From Lama glama (lineage: Eukaryota), in the NCBI GenBank assembly GCA_028534125.1, contig CM052817.1, positions 4,094,001 to 4,158,000 of the forward strand: a stretch of 64,000 nucleotides of DNA, written 5' to 3'. The position numbers and the translations under genes were made by a program. Positions 12,619 through 25,140 of the stretch are shown here, piece after piece. How positions within the stretch are numbered: position 1 is the first letter of the stretch; the number at the start of each line of letters is the position of its first letter. Below the pieces are notes generated by a model, which worked only from the letters and a program-made list of their open reading frames with translations, was not told where the DNA came from and made no database searches.

Positions 12619-13039
12619 TGTATGAGTTCCCTGAAGCTGCTATAACGTTATCTCATACTTAGTGACCCCAAACAATACTAACTTGCTACCTTACCATTCC
12701 AGAGGTCAGAACTTGAAAGGGGACATCCTGGGCTAAAATCAAGATGTGGTCAGGGGTGGTTCCCTCTAGGGGCTCCAGGAGAGAATCCGTTCCTTGCCAT
12801 TTCCAGGTTCTAGAGGCACCTGCATTCCCTGGTTCATGGCCCCTCCTCCACCTTCCATCTGTCTCTGACTCTGACTCTCCTGCCTCTCTCTCATAAGGAC
12901 CCCTGCGGTTACACTGGGTCCACCTAGATAATCCAAAATCATCTCCCATCTCAAAATCCTTAAGCCACCTGCCAAGTCCCTTTGCCTTGTTGAGGGGATG
13001 AGCACACGGACATCTCTGAGGGCCACTGTTCCACCCACA
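12619..13039 (-). mobile_element. MaLR LTR (MLT1C/D-like)
   Basis: ggctccaggagagaatccgttccttgccatttccaggttctagaggc, cacctagataatcca and atctcccatctcaaaatccttaa are reverse MLT1 motifs. Confidence 0.8.
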
Positions 13040-16000
13040 GCATCTTCAAAATGGAAACGTCTATCTCGCGATGCCTGCCATGGTGGTTAAAGGAGAAAAC
13101 ACACATTTGGCATCCAGCACTCAGTAGGTACTCCACGAACGCTGGCAAATTGGACAGAAGCATCTAAAGCGCTCACGGCAGGTGATCCTGGCTCCTGTCT
13201 CTGCCTGGCATTATGTCACCTTATTTTTGGCTGGTGGTCCATCTCCCCCTGGAAACATCAGCCCCACCCACACGGGGACTGTTCTGTTCACTGTTGCAAC
13301 CCCTGTGCCTGAGAAGAGCACAGCACACAGTAGGTGCTCAACACTTGCTGAACAAACGAATGTTCATTTTTTCATAATGACAAAGCAGCGCAGGCCTCCA
13401 GGTGGAGACGCTGCCAGGCGCGGTGCCCTCTCCCAGGGCTTCACAGGGAGGTTTACCTCTGTGACAGCGGGCGGGTGTTGATTTCACCCTGACACCCGGA
13501 CGTGCGGATCAGGGGCTGGGGATGGTTAAAGGATTCTGCTGGCCTCACGGCAAGTTCAAGACAGACAAGGTCCTGCTTGGCGGGCCATCTGGAAATGGTA
13601 CCTGCAGAAATGTGAGTTTTTGCAGTGATGGAGTTACAGGAACGGAAGTGAAAACATGGAAAAGAGCGTTTGAGTGACTACACATTGAAGAGGTGGTCTT
13701 CAGCAGCATGCCCACAGGGGGAGGGCAGCCTTTGTGATCCTATTGTCCACCGCCCCAGAGAATGGACAGTGCAGAGTCCAGGAAGGAATGCCCCTCTGGG
13801 GCACTCCGAAGTGGGGGTCTCACTGCACTGCACGGGGAAGTCTGGCGCCAGACCGTCTCCAGGCTTTAACTGGGATGTCTCTGAGCAGCACGGATGCGGA
13901 AATTGCTTCACAGACACATCCTGAGACCGACCCCCCCTGTCCCCCACCCCCGCAGCCCCACCAGGTTCCCCGAAGCCCCAGAGAATGAAGCCTGCAGGCC
14001 AGCCGCTCTGACACGGGATGACCGGATGGTGGCAGGTCCCAGGGCAGCCCCTCCGGGCAGTGTTCTGAAGAGGGAATTTAAGCCCCAGGAAAAGGGTGGT
14101 TTCTCCATGGCTCTGTCAAAAGAACAGGCTTGGGTTCCATCCCAGCTCTGCCACCTCCTGGCCTTGTGACTTCAGGCAAGTCCACACAACATGAACGTGA
14201 ACGATTCACAATTCTCACATGTGAGATGTTGGAGGTGGGGGTCATGGGACCTAGTTCCAAGGACCAAATGGCCTCACGTAAACAAAGTGCTGGCCCCACG
14301 GTGTTGCTCAGAAACCTGGGTCCGTACCCCGTCGCAGAGGGTGGCGGCCAGCTCCTGGGAGCAGGAGCCTTTGCCTCCAGCGGGCTAAGCTCTGCAAATC
14401 CCTTCCTGTACCCAACACCTGGTCCTGGGCCCGGCAGGCAGCAGCCTGTTTATCAACAGGAAAGGAGGGGGCGAGCAGCCAGGGATCCTCGGGACCACAG
14501 GGGGCAAATGTATTCTGATGTTTACGGCTCCATGGAAACCGTCCAAAGCAGCAGTCTCTAGCACCGAGGGGCCACCACCAGCTAGGTCTGCTGGGAAGAG
14601 GGGACGGCCCTTCCACTGTCTCTTTTCTCCTCCATGCTGTGCCTCAAAGTGTCCCCAAAACCATCTTCCCAGAGTTCAGACCTTCCAGGGGCCCTGGCTT
14701 CAGAGCCCAGAGGGGCTCCAGCTGCCTGCAGGACAGAGACCCACTCCAGCCCGGACTTTGGACCTTAAACTCTGTCCTCAGGAATCTCTTGGGATCCTGG
14801 GTGATGCCTGAGGCTCCAGTGGGCGTCCTGACCTCCAAACCCAATCCCTCCCCTTGTGACTAAAAAGGGGGAAACCCCACATCCCCCAGAAGCCTTCGTG
14901 GCCCCATCTCCCCCCAAGGCTGAAGCTCCCCCCTCTCTGGGCTCCCACAGCTTCCTGTGTCTGAAGGAATGAGGGCACTTCTGACTGAATCGGGGCCCAC
15001 TCACATCTGATCTGTGTGATTTTCCTGAGGGTGAGACATAGATTTGACTCAGGCTGTGGAATTACAGCGTCCGCTCAGCATCTCGGTGAAGTAAATATTT
15101 GTTTCAGGGCAGCAGAGAATCCATTCAAAGCTCATTAGTTAAGTTAAATAAGGGCTGTTTTAGACAGTACGTCACACATGTTAGCCAACCTTTTCTGGGT
15201 GGGTGGCTGCGAGGAATTAAACCCGTGATGCAGGGAGAAAGGCAGGACCGAGTGTCCTGGGGTGTGTGGTGGCGGGGAAGGCAGTGTAGACAGAATGTCA
15301 GGACACCAGGCCCCCGGTTGGGATTAAGCCACTCGGATCACCTCTGATCAGCAAAACATGGTTATCTCCACCAAGGGTGAGGTTTGAAGAAGCTGGCGAG
15401 GCCGTGCCTCTGGTGAGGCCTGTATGGAGGTTCTTAACTGGTTCCAAAGTTCCATGAAAGTTTAACTTTTTTAAAATTCGCAAATGTCTACTGAGCACTT
15501 ACTGGTGCCTGGCACAATTCTGACCACCTGGCAATGAAATTAACCACTTTACTCCTAAAACCACAACAGGGCAGGCCCTGTCGTAGCCCCACTTACAGAA
15601 GAGGCAGCTGAGGTCTGGAAAGCGTGAATCTACCCGAGGTCACCAGCTGGGGAGACCTCGAGGAGGGATTCAGACCAGCCAGCTGGCCTCCTGTCATCTG
15701 CTGTGTATGTTGCACCCGAGGTGACAAATAACCCTCTTTTCACTGTGGAGTTTCATACCACATTTAGCTTTTGAAAAAGGGCTTCGGTGCTAAGTAGTTA
15801 TGAAACCGCTGATCTCGTCCAGACTTACCATTTTACAGATTGGGACACTGGGGCCCAGGGACAGGTGCTGAATGACCAGCCTGGGGCAATCCTCATGAGA
15901 CCGCACTGCCCTCTGCTCCAAGGGGGTGGCCCTGCTGGGGTGCCAAGTCACAGCATGGCCCAGGGGACAGGGGATGGGCAGATCTCCATCTAATCCTGGC

Positions 16001-16974
16001 TCTGCTGTTCACACCCGGTGTGACCTCCTCCCGAACCTGTTTTCTGTGGATCAGGGTTGACAGTACCTCCCTCCTGCGGGGTGAGGAGCAAATGAGATCA
16101 TCTGTGTTCACTCAGAAAGCCGGCGGCCTCCCTGTCCTCGGGACAAACAGTGTGCAGTTCTGGGAGGTGAAGCTGAACTGTGAACACATCTCAGGGCCTC
16201 CCACAGTCTCCAGATGGTGGGGGGGGCTGAACTTTAACCTCCTCTCATTATGGGGAAGAAACCCAGGAGCAAACACACTGCCCAGAGGGGTGCTGCCCTC
16301 CTGAGCACTTCTCAACACAAAAGGCGTGGTGGGAAGGGGCTTCCAGGCAGAAGGATAAAACAGGAAGAGTTAATGGCGCGGGGAGGCAGCTGCACCAGGG
16401 GAGAGTCCTCGTGAGAGGGAGGCAGCCACATCCCAAACCATCAGCTCAAGGTCTCCAAACCCTGCAAAGAATACGTGAATGACTCCAGGTTTCCTGACCC
16501 CAGCAAAGCAGTGGACCCACACGGGGCAGGGGCACTAGGGAGCCGAAGGCGCGAGGGGCCCAGACAGCTGCACGCCCCACCGAAGGGCACTAAGTTTGCT
16601 GCAGGACCCCAAGCTGCTCGTCCCTCTGGACGGCTGATGTCGTCCGTCACAGGATGCGGTTTCACAAACGCACTGCTGTACAGGGTGGCTGCTACCCAAC
16701 CACGAATAACCATGGACGTGCCCTTTCTGCAGTGCTTTGAGTTTCGCAAATAATCATCACCGTGCATGCTACACAGCTTGTAAGACATGAGGGGCCAGCT
16801 GGGTGGTGGCGCGGCCACCGTAGGGGCCCTGGCCTCGCGGCGCCGGGCTGTTCACCGAGAAGGTCAGCTCCGCTCCTGTGGCTCAAACTGCAATTGTACT
16901 TAATTCAGACACCTGTTGATTCTCAGGCACAACCAGAAAAGACTTCTTCTAAATAAAGAGAAAAGAAAAGGACA

Positions 16975-17703
16975 GTGGATTCCGGCAAAGGTTTTTATTT
17001 CAGCTGCTTTAGGACCTTGACTTTCTGTTCCCTCCTCCTGAACACGGCCAAACTTTGCTGAGAACTGGGAAGGGACCCCCAGGTGCCTTCAGGTGATACC
17101 CTCACAAGCTCACCCGCCACCCACCAGATGGGGAGCCGGGAGGCAGGCAGGCTATGGGACGCAGAGCTCACGGCTTCTGCCAGCCTCCAGTATCGGGCTC
17201 AGGCGGGGCCCTGGCCACAGGACAGAGCAGGGCAGCTCTGCACGGCCCCCGGGACTGGCAAACAGCTGTCAAGGCTTAGCAGCGACCAAATAAATAAGAA
17301 ATGTTACGGTGGAGTTTACACAGCAGCACTATTGGTTCTTTAAAAAAACAAACCCAAACAGAAGTAAATGAGGGGCCACGGCGTGCATGGAGGTGGAAGG
17401 GGAGACGTCGGCTGTAAAGCGCTTTTCGGGCACAGGAACCTGGTCCAGCTTGGCACCCCAGCGGCGCACCGGAGGTCAGGACTGTGGGTCGAGGCTGTGC
17501 ATGCAACTTCCAACCACGCGGCGCAGGGTGGACAGAGCTGAAGTGGTCAGCCCGTTTACGGAGGCGTGAGCAGACTACACACGAAAGGTCCCCACAGCCC
17601 TGCGTTTGCACGCGCGCGCACACAGTGGTCAGTGTTGCAGGCAGGCCACACGAGGGGGTCCCGGCGGCCACATGCACCGACGCGCCTGCAGCGGGACGCG
17701 GCC
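16975..17703 (-). other. WFS1: WFS1 3' UTR (end approximate)
   Basis: Lies between the TGA at 17704-17706 and the AATAAA at 16994-16999. Confidence 0.8.
16994..16999 (-). terminator. WFS1 polyadenylation signal
   Basis: tttatt on + (AATAAA on -), ~700 nt after the stop codon, followed on - by a T-rich tract (cttttcttttctctttattt). Confidence 0.8.
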
Positions 17704-19512
17704 TCATGCCGCCGACAGGAAGGGGAAGAAGAAGAAGTCGAAGGCGAACTTGAGGGCGCCGTGCACCGTGCTGCGCCAGTCCTGCTCCACCTTGACATGC
17801 CGCCGGGCTGGCGACAGCTGCGCCATGCAGTTGAGGCAGCTGATGGCCTTGAGCTCGAAGACCGGCCACTTGCTGCCCAGGCGGCCCTCCAGGACGGTGC
17901 TGAACTCGACGAGGCTGCCCTGGCGCAGGCTGAGGAGCACGTCCTTGAACTCGCTGCTGGCCCGCAGCACGATGTCCTTGGTGACGTCGTCCTCCTCGGG
18001 GCTGCGGGTGCCGTTGGCGCTGCGGTAGGGCATGCCCACCGTGATCTCGAACTTGTACCGGTCGAACTTCTTGATGTGGCAGGGGTGCTTGGCCAGGAGC
18101 TTGAGGCGGCAGAGCTCCTCCTCAGCCGTGGAGGCGCCGCTGGGGCTGCAGGCGGGGTAGGCCTCGCCGTAGAGGCAGCGCATCCAGTCGCCCACGAAGA
18201 ACGGGAGCATGTTGATGGCCGACTCGGCGCTGTTGTCGATCTCCGTCACGCGGACGTACTTGAAGCGGCCGGTCCACGTGACCCTGTGGCCCTCCAGGTG
18301 GCTGCACAGGATCTGGGTGCGGGCCATGTTGGTCTCCTTCCAGGCCCGCGGCCCGCACAGGAAGCCGTACTGCTGCCAGGTCAGCGTGGAGTTGTAGACC
18401 TTCATGCCCTCCGAGCGGTACACGTAGAACCAGCAGAAGAGCACGATGGCCGTGATCCACACCAGGATGAGCTTGACGATGGAGCTCCGCGTCAGGGACT
18501 TGACCGTCGCCACCACGGAGAAGCTGGCCCTGGTCCACCAGCGGAACAGCAGGGGGACGCTGCAGACCGCCATGGCCACCGCAATCTTGGTGAGCTCCAG
18601 GGACACAAACCAGCGGGCGAACTGCACCACGCCCATCAGCGCCAGGCCGGCCACCAGCACGGGGAGAGCGAAGAGGAAGAGGAAGTAGCCGACGGACGCG
18701 CGCACCAGCCCCAGGCCGGTGGACTCGAGCAGGATGACCACGGAGAGCTCGCACCACATGAAGCAGACCAGGTAGGGGACCAGGTAGCAGTAGGTGCCCT
18801 TGAAGCCGCGCAGCTGGGCCATGCGGAAGAACAGGTAGAGCAGGTAGACGTACAGCAGGCAAGGGACGCTGATGTTCAGGATGACGAAGTGGCCGATGGG
18901 CACGGTGACCAGGGTCTGGCCCAGGAGCTTCAGGTAGTGCCAGTCGACGGGCAAGGAGGGCAGGAGGGAGAGCAGGCCGGCTGCCACCTCGGTCACCAGA
19001 GCCCTCCGGGTGTAGGGCTCGGCGGAGGTGCTCAGGCTCATGTAGCTGGTGACGGTGAAGAAGACAGACACAACGGCCAGCTCCGAGCAGGGCACGCAGT
19101 CTTTGTTGGCGACAGGGAAGGAGAAGATGACGAAGAAGACAGACAGCAGGAAGTGCACGTAGGGCTCCAGGTGGTTCCAGCCGAAGTTTACCTCGGCCTG
19201 CTCCACGTCCAGGTTGGGCTCGAAGCGCAGCAGCAGGCTAGTGAGGGCACGGAAGCTCTCCCAGGCCTTGCTGTCCTGGAAAACCTTGAGGGTACAGATG
19301 ACCATGGAGATGAAGGACAGGTAGAAGATGACCAGCGGCACGAAGAAGGCAAAGAAGTCGATGGTCAGGTTGCTGATGATGAAGAAGAAGATGAGGGCGT
19401 TGATGTGGTGGGTGGGCACGATGGTGGACAGCCAGTGCATGCCTGCCCGGGACGCCACGTCGATCAGGTACTCCTTGAGCTCCATGATGGCGTGCAAGGG
19501 GTACTTGACCAC
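17704..19512 (-). CDS. WFS1: Wolframin exon 8 (transmembrane region and ER-luminal C-terminus), 1809 nt including stop
   Basis: Acceptor ctcctctag|GTG at 19513. 602-aa frame [29 protein letters not shown]...[15 protein letters not shown], the characteristic wolframin C-terminus. Confidence 0.98.
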   Translation of the reverse strand: MVKYPLHAIMELKEYLIDVASRAGMHWLSTIVPTHHINALIFFFIISNLTIDFFAFFVPLVIFYLSFISMVICTLKVFQDSKAWESFRALTSLLLRFEPNLDVEQAEVNFGWNHLEPYVHFLLSVFFVIFSFPVANKDCVPCSELAVVSVFFTVTSYMSLSTSAEPYTRRALVTEVAAGLLSLLPSLPVDWHYLKLLGQTLVTVPIGHFVILNISVPCLLYVYLLYLFFRMAQLRGFKGTYCYLVPYLVCFMWCELSVVILLESTGLGLVRASVGYFLFLFALPVLVAGLALMGVVQFARWFVSLELTKIAVAMAVCSVPLLFRWWTRASFSVVATVKSLTRSSIVKLILVWITAIVLFCWFYVYRSEGMKVYNSTLTWQQYGFLCGPRAWKETNMARTQILCSHLEGHRVTWTGRFKYVRVTEIDNSAESAINMLPFFVGDWMRCLYGEAYPACSPSGASTAEEELCRLKLLAKHPCHIKKFDRYKFEITVGMPYRSANGTRSPEEDDVTKDIVLRASSEFKDVLLSLRQGSLVEFSTVLEGRLGSKWPVFELKAISCLNCMAQLSPARRHVKVEQDWRSTVHGALKFAFDFFFFPFLSAA

Positions 19513-22500
19513 CTAGAGGAGGGGGAAGATGAAGGCAGGGTGTTGGAACCCGGCCAGGGTGGGAGCCCCACCCCTGTCCTGTCACAGCCCCGTCAACCTC
19601 CCCAGCTCTGGGCCAGGTGAACAACTCACCTGCAGTTTTCCCAGCCCTTGACCCTCCCAGTCCTTCCACCTGCAACGCCCTCTCTGGGTAGTACAGTTCC
19701 ACGTGGTCCGCAGGAACCCTCCCTCAAGTCCATCCTCCCAGTCCTGTAGGTCCCCCACCCCGCCTTCCGCCAGTGCCTGACTCCTGACCTTCTGCTGGGG
19801 TTTCCAGACTCCTCTGTGAGATCTTGGGGCCCACCTGGCCCCCTCTACCCTCCCCCTCACACTTGCAGAGAGGACAGAGCTCTGGGCTGCTTGTGTCTCG
19901 GCCACTCCTGCAGTGAGGACTTCACCTCCCCAGCCTCGGCCACCCACCCCTCAAGGGGGAGAGGAACCACTTCTTTACAAGCCTGCCCTGGGCTCTGACC
20001 ATCCTGGGAGCAGCAGTGGGAGTGGGGACTCCAGAAAAGAGAGTTCGGCGCCATTGTGAATGGAAATGGTTCGGCTGTGATGTTTTCACTGTGGCAGGGG
20101 GTTGAGAGTAGCCACCCACATCACCCACCCTGCACACCCGAGACTGTTCAGAATGGACACACAGTGCACACAGCCACATTCAAAGGCAGCCCCAGTCCGT
20201 GCCTTGGGTCCCACTCCCTGAATAGGCACCCAATGCAAAGGGCAGCAGAAACCCTCGGCCTTTTCCACAACAGAAGAAGGAGGGGCCATGGGGGAGGTGA
20301 GTCAGGGAGCAGCCTTGGGCAGGAAAGGGGGTGGTTCTGCCATCTAGGGTGGTCCGTACACCTGGCTGGTTCTCTGAGCAGACTCCCCTGAGGTTTCAGC
20401 CCCACCAGGGCTGAGGGGAGACAGGAGAGACACTGGAGGGGGCAGAAAGAGAAAGTGCCATGGACAGTCCTCACGAGGCTCAGCATGGAGGAGGGCAGGG
20501 GTCCAGAGAGGCAGGGCCTGGACCAGACCACACCAAGGAGTAGGTCCTCGAAGAGACCACCGACTCACGGGGGCAGGGAAGCCTGGCTGCACGCCCAGAG
20601 CCCACCCCTGGGGCTACGTGATGGAATGCCCACCAGCGCCCAGGTCAGGTGGGCAGCACTGCCTCCGTCCGCGCCCTGGGCACAGGCTCCCTCTCTCTCT
20701 GCCCAGCCCACCCGAGGGCCGAGGAGGAGCAGGGATCCCGGGTGAGCACAACCCAGGGACATCCGCCTAAGAGCCTCGGCTGGCATCTCCAGGTGACCAG
20801 AACACCCAGGAGCAACAGGGAGAGTGAGGTCTCCACAGGTGAGAGGGATCCAGGCTCACAGAGGTAACGGAAATGTTTAAAAATGTGCACACACGCGCGC
20901 ACGTCCACAGCCACGTCTGTATGAAGCACCGCATTCCTCCTTATGTGTCTGTGACGGTCCACTTACCCTCCATTTTAAAACAAGGAAGAAAATGAACAAA
21001 TGAGTAAACCGGCTAACGGCTCCCCCAGCTCGCTGGGGCCAGCTTTCCCAGGAGCCCACTCGGTGCTCACCCCGTCTGGAATGTCAGTCACCGTCAAGGG
21101 AGCCATGGTGGGGATTTCTGACACTTGCCAGAGAGCAAACCAGCATCTGCGGAAAGACCCTGCTTCAGGCTGCCTCCGGGAGGGGCCCTTGGGCACAAAG
21201 CAGACACCCAGCCAGAAAGCAAAAGAGCCCGCCTGGGCGTCAGGCTCGGCCTGCTCGGCTAGTCCCTGTGGAGGGGCCCTCGCTAACTAGAAAAAGGTTC
21301 AAAGGAGAAATGCTAGTCTCACCATCACACTCTCCGGGCACAGCCGGCGCCGGCGGCTTCGGGGGAGCTGGCCTGCGGGTGCCCAATAGCTAGCACCTCG
21401 AAATGGATCTGAAATCCTGTCCTAATCCTCAAAACCATTCACACTATTCTTCCCCCTACAGAGCCACACAATCACATGGTTGCAAGGACCTTTAAAAGAT
21501 TAACGAAGCTTCTAGAACCTGATGTCCATGGTGCCGGCCTCTGCTCCACAGTGAGGTGCCTGGGCCACTATGACCAGGGACTTCTCTCCTTTTAAGGTCC
21601 CAACTCTGTCCCCTGTAGCTTCTACCCAGGTCCACCTTCTTGGGGCCCCACCAAATTGTGAGACTAAAAACCTTTTCTGTAGAGAAAGTCCAAACAAATT
21701 CATATGAACTCTTCTTTGAGTAGGATAGAAATTCTTTAAAAAAAATGAGTAGGGAGGCAGCTCAGGAGTGGCCAGTACAGGGTACCCTGGCCAGGGCTGA
21801 GGTCACCAGGCACTCCGCTGATGTGAGAAACCTTGAAAACAGCCTGTCACACCTGAGCCACTGACCAAAGAGCCCGCCGCCAACTGGGCAGGTCGAGGGA
21901 ATTTAATCTCAACTAGACTCAGCTCAGAGCTGAGCGAATGCTCATGTGCTGGACTTTCAATGATTTAATGTAAAAACTGTTACAATTTTAAAATATTCCT
22001 GAATTTATCCGAGTGCTTCAGTTGACCTGAAAGGCTCGAGGAGGGGCGGCCCGGAGCCTGGAACGGCCTGTGGGCCGCGTGAGCTCAGAGGGGCGTCTGG
22101 CGCTTCCTCTTCCAACCAGGGGGCCTCCCCAGGCATGTCCCTTTCTCAGTCCTCTGGGGCAATTACAGGCCAGAACAGCTTTTCATTTCAGGAGGCACCT
22201 ATGATTCATCCTCTTTCGCAAAAGGCGAAATGGGACAAATTGTAAAGGAATTAAAATGCTCCGACAGACTCAAAAACGGAAAAGAAAGAGCCCTGTTTAT
22301 TTCTTGTCGGAACACTTTAAATCTTTTTCCCAAAACAGACGCTGGGTATCTTACAGCATGGAGCTGTCACCAGTAAGCAGAGTGACACAACTTGCTGTCC
22401 GAAGCCGGATGCTTTTGAAAGCAAGTGTCGTTAGTAATGACGCAGGGACAATGCCCACGAGGACGCCCAGGCGGGGACCACCTGCCCAGGGGTCTTCTCC

Positions 22501-23938
22501 CGCTTACCCGTTCACCTGCGACCCTGACTGGCAACTGGGGAGCAGCTCCTCTCCGGCAGGAACCACAGCAAGCGCTCCACCTTGCCCTCCTCTCCGTTAA
22601 TCTGCAAACTAGTGACACAAGCACACTGAGCCCAGGCCCGCCTCCGCGCGGACCTTCAGTAAGAGCCACGGCTCCCCTGGTCGAGCTCCCCGGCCACCCT
22701 GACCCTGCACCTCAGACCCTTCACCCTGGACACGTAACCTGCCCTCAGGGGCTCTCACCCAGCTCACTGATCCTGCACGTGGCCTCCACACCCAGGGCTG
22801 TGGAATCTCCGCGGCACTGGCTTCCGAGTCTGCTCCCCCATACCCGGGACGTGGACGGAGCCTCCACACCCAGGCCCCAGCCTGGTGCTTACAGAGCTGC
22901 CTCTGGATGGGACTTGTCAGCCCACTTCCCGTCGCCACGCCGACCCTGACCTACCCCCGCAGCCCACTGCCATGCCCACAGCACTTCACACACGTTGCTG
23001 GTCAGCTGAGCATCACAGAACCCGACGGCTTCCTGGGTGACTAACGGCAGGGGCTCCGTGACGCTTCACCTGCTCAGAGGCCCTTGTGCCGGCAGGGGCT
23101 CTCTTGGCCACCCGTGGCGATGGACCCGTCTAGGGTTGGTAGCCAGATTTCTGTTAAGTCCTCATGTCCTCTGCAAAGCGAGATATGGACACAGCTAATT
23201 CAACCCCATGAGCTGAACTGGGGGAAATCCGGTGAGTGGGCAGGATGGCCACATTGTATGCCTGTACATGTCACAACCTCACAAGAAGGAAAACAAAAGC
23301 TGTCACGCCAGGAGCACGAGCTGCCACTCCTGGCTGTCAGCACGTGTCTGGACACCTCTCATAGTCCACTGCTGCTCACGGGCCCACGCTGGTGGCAAAT
23401 GCGCCCCCTTCCGCCAGGTCGGCCCACAGTCACCCCCCCGCCACTGTCTCCACACCACACCCGTCTCGCTCCCCGAGCTCCTGCAGACCTGGACAGGCAC
23501 CACTGCAGGAGCCTCCTCAACACAAGAACTCTGCTTTTGGGAAAAGGCATCTTTGAGAAAATGACCTCCATTCTGTGCCGCAAACAGGTAATTTTTCAAA
23601 ATGACAAAGGCTAAGTGAAGTTGGCCTCCAGTGCCCGGCACCCTGCTCCCCCGACGGCGTTTTGCAGCCAAAGACAAGAGGGTGCCCTGCTCGTCGGTCA
23701 CCACTGAGCCCGCCTCTGACAGCGCCCTTGGTGTCAGAGCCTGAGTGTGTGTAAAAGGTCCCCCTTCAGGAGGACACGCCCTGACGCAGTTACAGGGACC
23801 GTCTTCGCAGGACAGGCCTCCCAGGGAAAGCTACACAGTCCCAGAGGCTCGGGTGCTGGGCAAGTCCCCACCTGCAGCTTCCCGGGAAGCGCCAGGGCGC
23901 AGAGGGGGCAGGTGGGTGCGGCGCCGCGGGCCGCTCAC

Positions 23939-24087
23939 CTTCAGGCGGAGGGGCAGGTCCTCCGGGCTCTTGCCCGCCAGCTCGTCATCGTCATCGTCGT
24001 CCTGCAGGAACAGGTCGGTGGGGATGATGCCCCTGGCGTACTTCTTGGTGATCTCCACGAAGTCGTCCAGCGCTATGTGGCTCTTGG
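23939..24087 (-). CDS. WFS1: Wolframin exon 7 (149 nt)
   Basis: tttag|CCAAG acceptor and AAG|gtgag donor. Encodes [49 protein letters not shown]. Confidence 0.95.
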
Positions 24088-25059
24088 CTAAAGCACCAAA
24101 GAGAACAGCACAGGGTCTGGGAAGCCGTGAGCACACCATCAGCCCGCGAGGACGCGCAAGGCGGCGCCAGCGGCTGGGGCCAGACTTGGCCTCGGAGAGG
24201 AGGGAGCTCAGTGCGAGCTCGAGAGAGCAAAGCCCTCTCTGGGCCTGGACGGCTGTGGGGAGAGGCAGACAGGCTGCCGAGTCGCCTCCTCACCTTGATG
24301 ATGTGGCACCCCTCCCCTGACGCGTCCGCCCGCCCCCCGGCTCTTCAAGCCTAGGGTCTGCCTGAGCCTGGCTCCAATGTGGCCCCTTCAGCCACCTTCG
24401 CCGCCAGCGCCCCTCTGACACCCTCTCCCCTCGGCCCTGGCTCCCCCACAGTGCTGGTGACACAGCCCAGCCACCTACTAACCCCTCCAGTCAACATCTA
24501 TCCTCCGAGGGCACATGCCTAAGCGCCAGGAAGTGCTTGGGATGGGTGAACAAATTCAGTGGGTGCCCAAGTCTGGCCCCCAGTCTGGGGTGGGGGTCGC
24601 ATCAAACAAGGCTGGATGCTTGGCCAGAGCGCGGCCATGTCGAAGCCGCTCCCAGGCCGGCAGCGGGGTGCCCGGGAGGTGCGGTAAGCAATCAACGCCA
24701 CGATCACAGGTCTGGCCCTGCCACGCTTGCTCTATTTTCTGAGGCCTCCGGGGGGGGTTTTCTTTGGGGGGGTGGGGGCTGTGTTTCAGGTGCTGGGGAC
24801 ACGACTAGCTGACTATGGACGACAGCAAGCAAACCATGGCAACAGCACCACTGTCGAGCTCGGCGAGCACTGGGGGAGGGGCAGGGCGTGGAAGAGGGGG
24901 GTCGGAAGAGGAGTCAAGGACACACCCGGGATGCAGTGGCCACTGTGGGCCCAGGCCTAGGCCTGGGCTTGGCAGGCGGGGGCAGATACAGTGCCCAGGG
25001 TGGCGGGGGTGACAGCATGGCCAGAGGCGCTGCAGGTGCGGGCTGGCAGCCATACTCAC

Positions 25060-25140
25060 ATTCACTGCTGACCAGGCGCTCCAGCACCCGCCGCTGCTTC
25101 TGTACTGACTTGGGGACGGGGCCAGGCTGCACCCCTCCAT
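25060..25140 (-). CDS. WFS1: Wolframin exon 6 (81 nt)
   Basis: cctgcag|ATGG acceptor and T|gtgagt donor. Encodes [26 protein letters not shown]. Confidence 0.95.

Noticed and set aside
18122..18862. 246-aa alternative-frame ORF inside WFS1 exon 8
   Set aside because: Off-frame product of a GC-rich CDS, with low-complexity composition.
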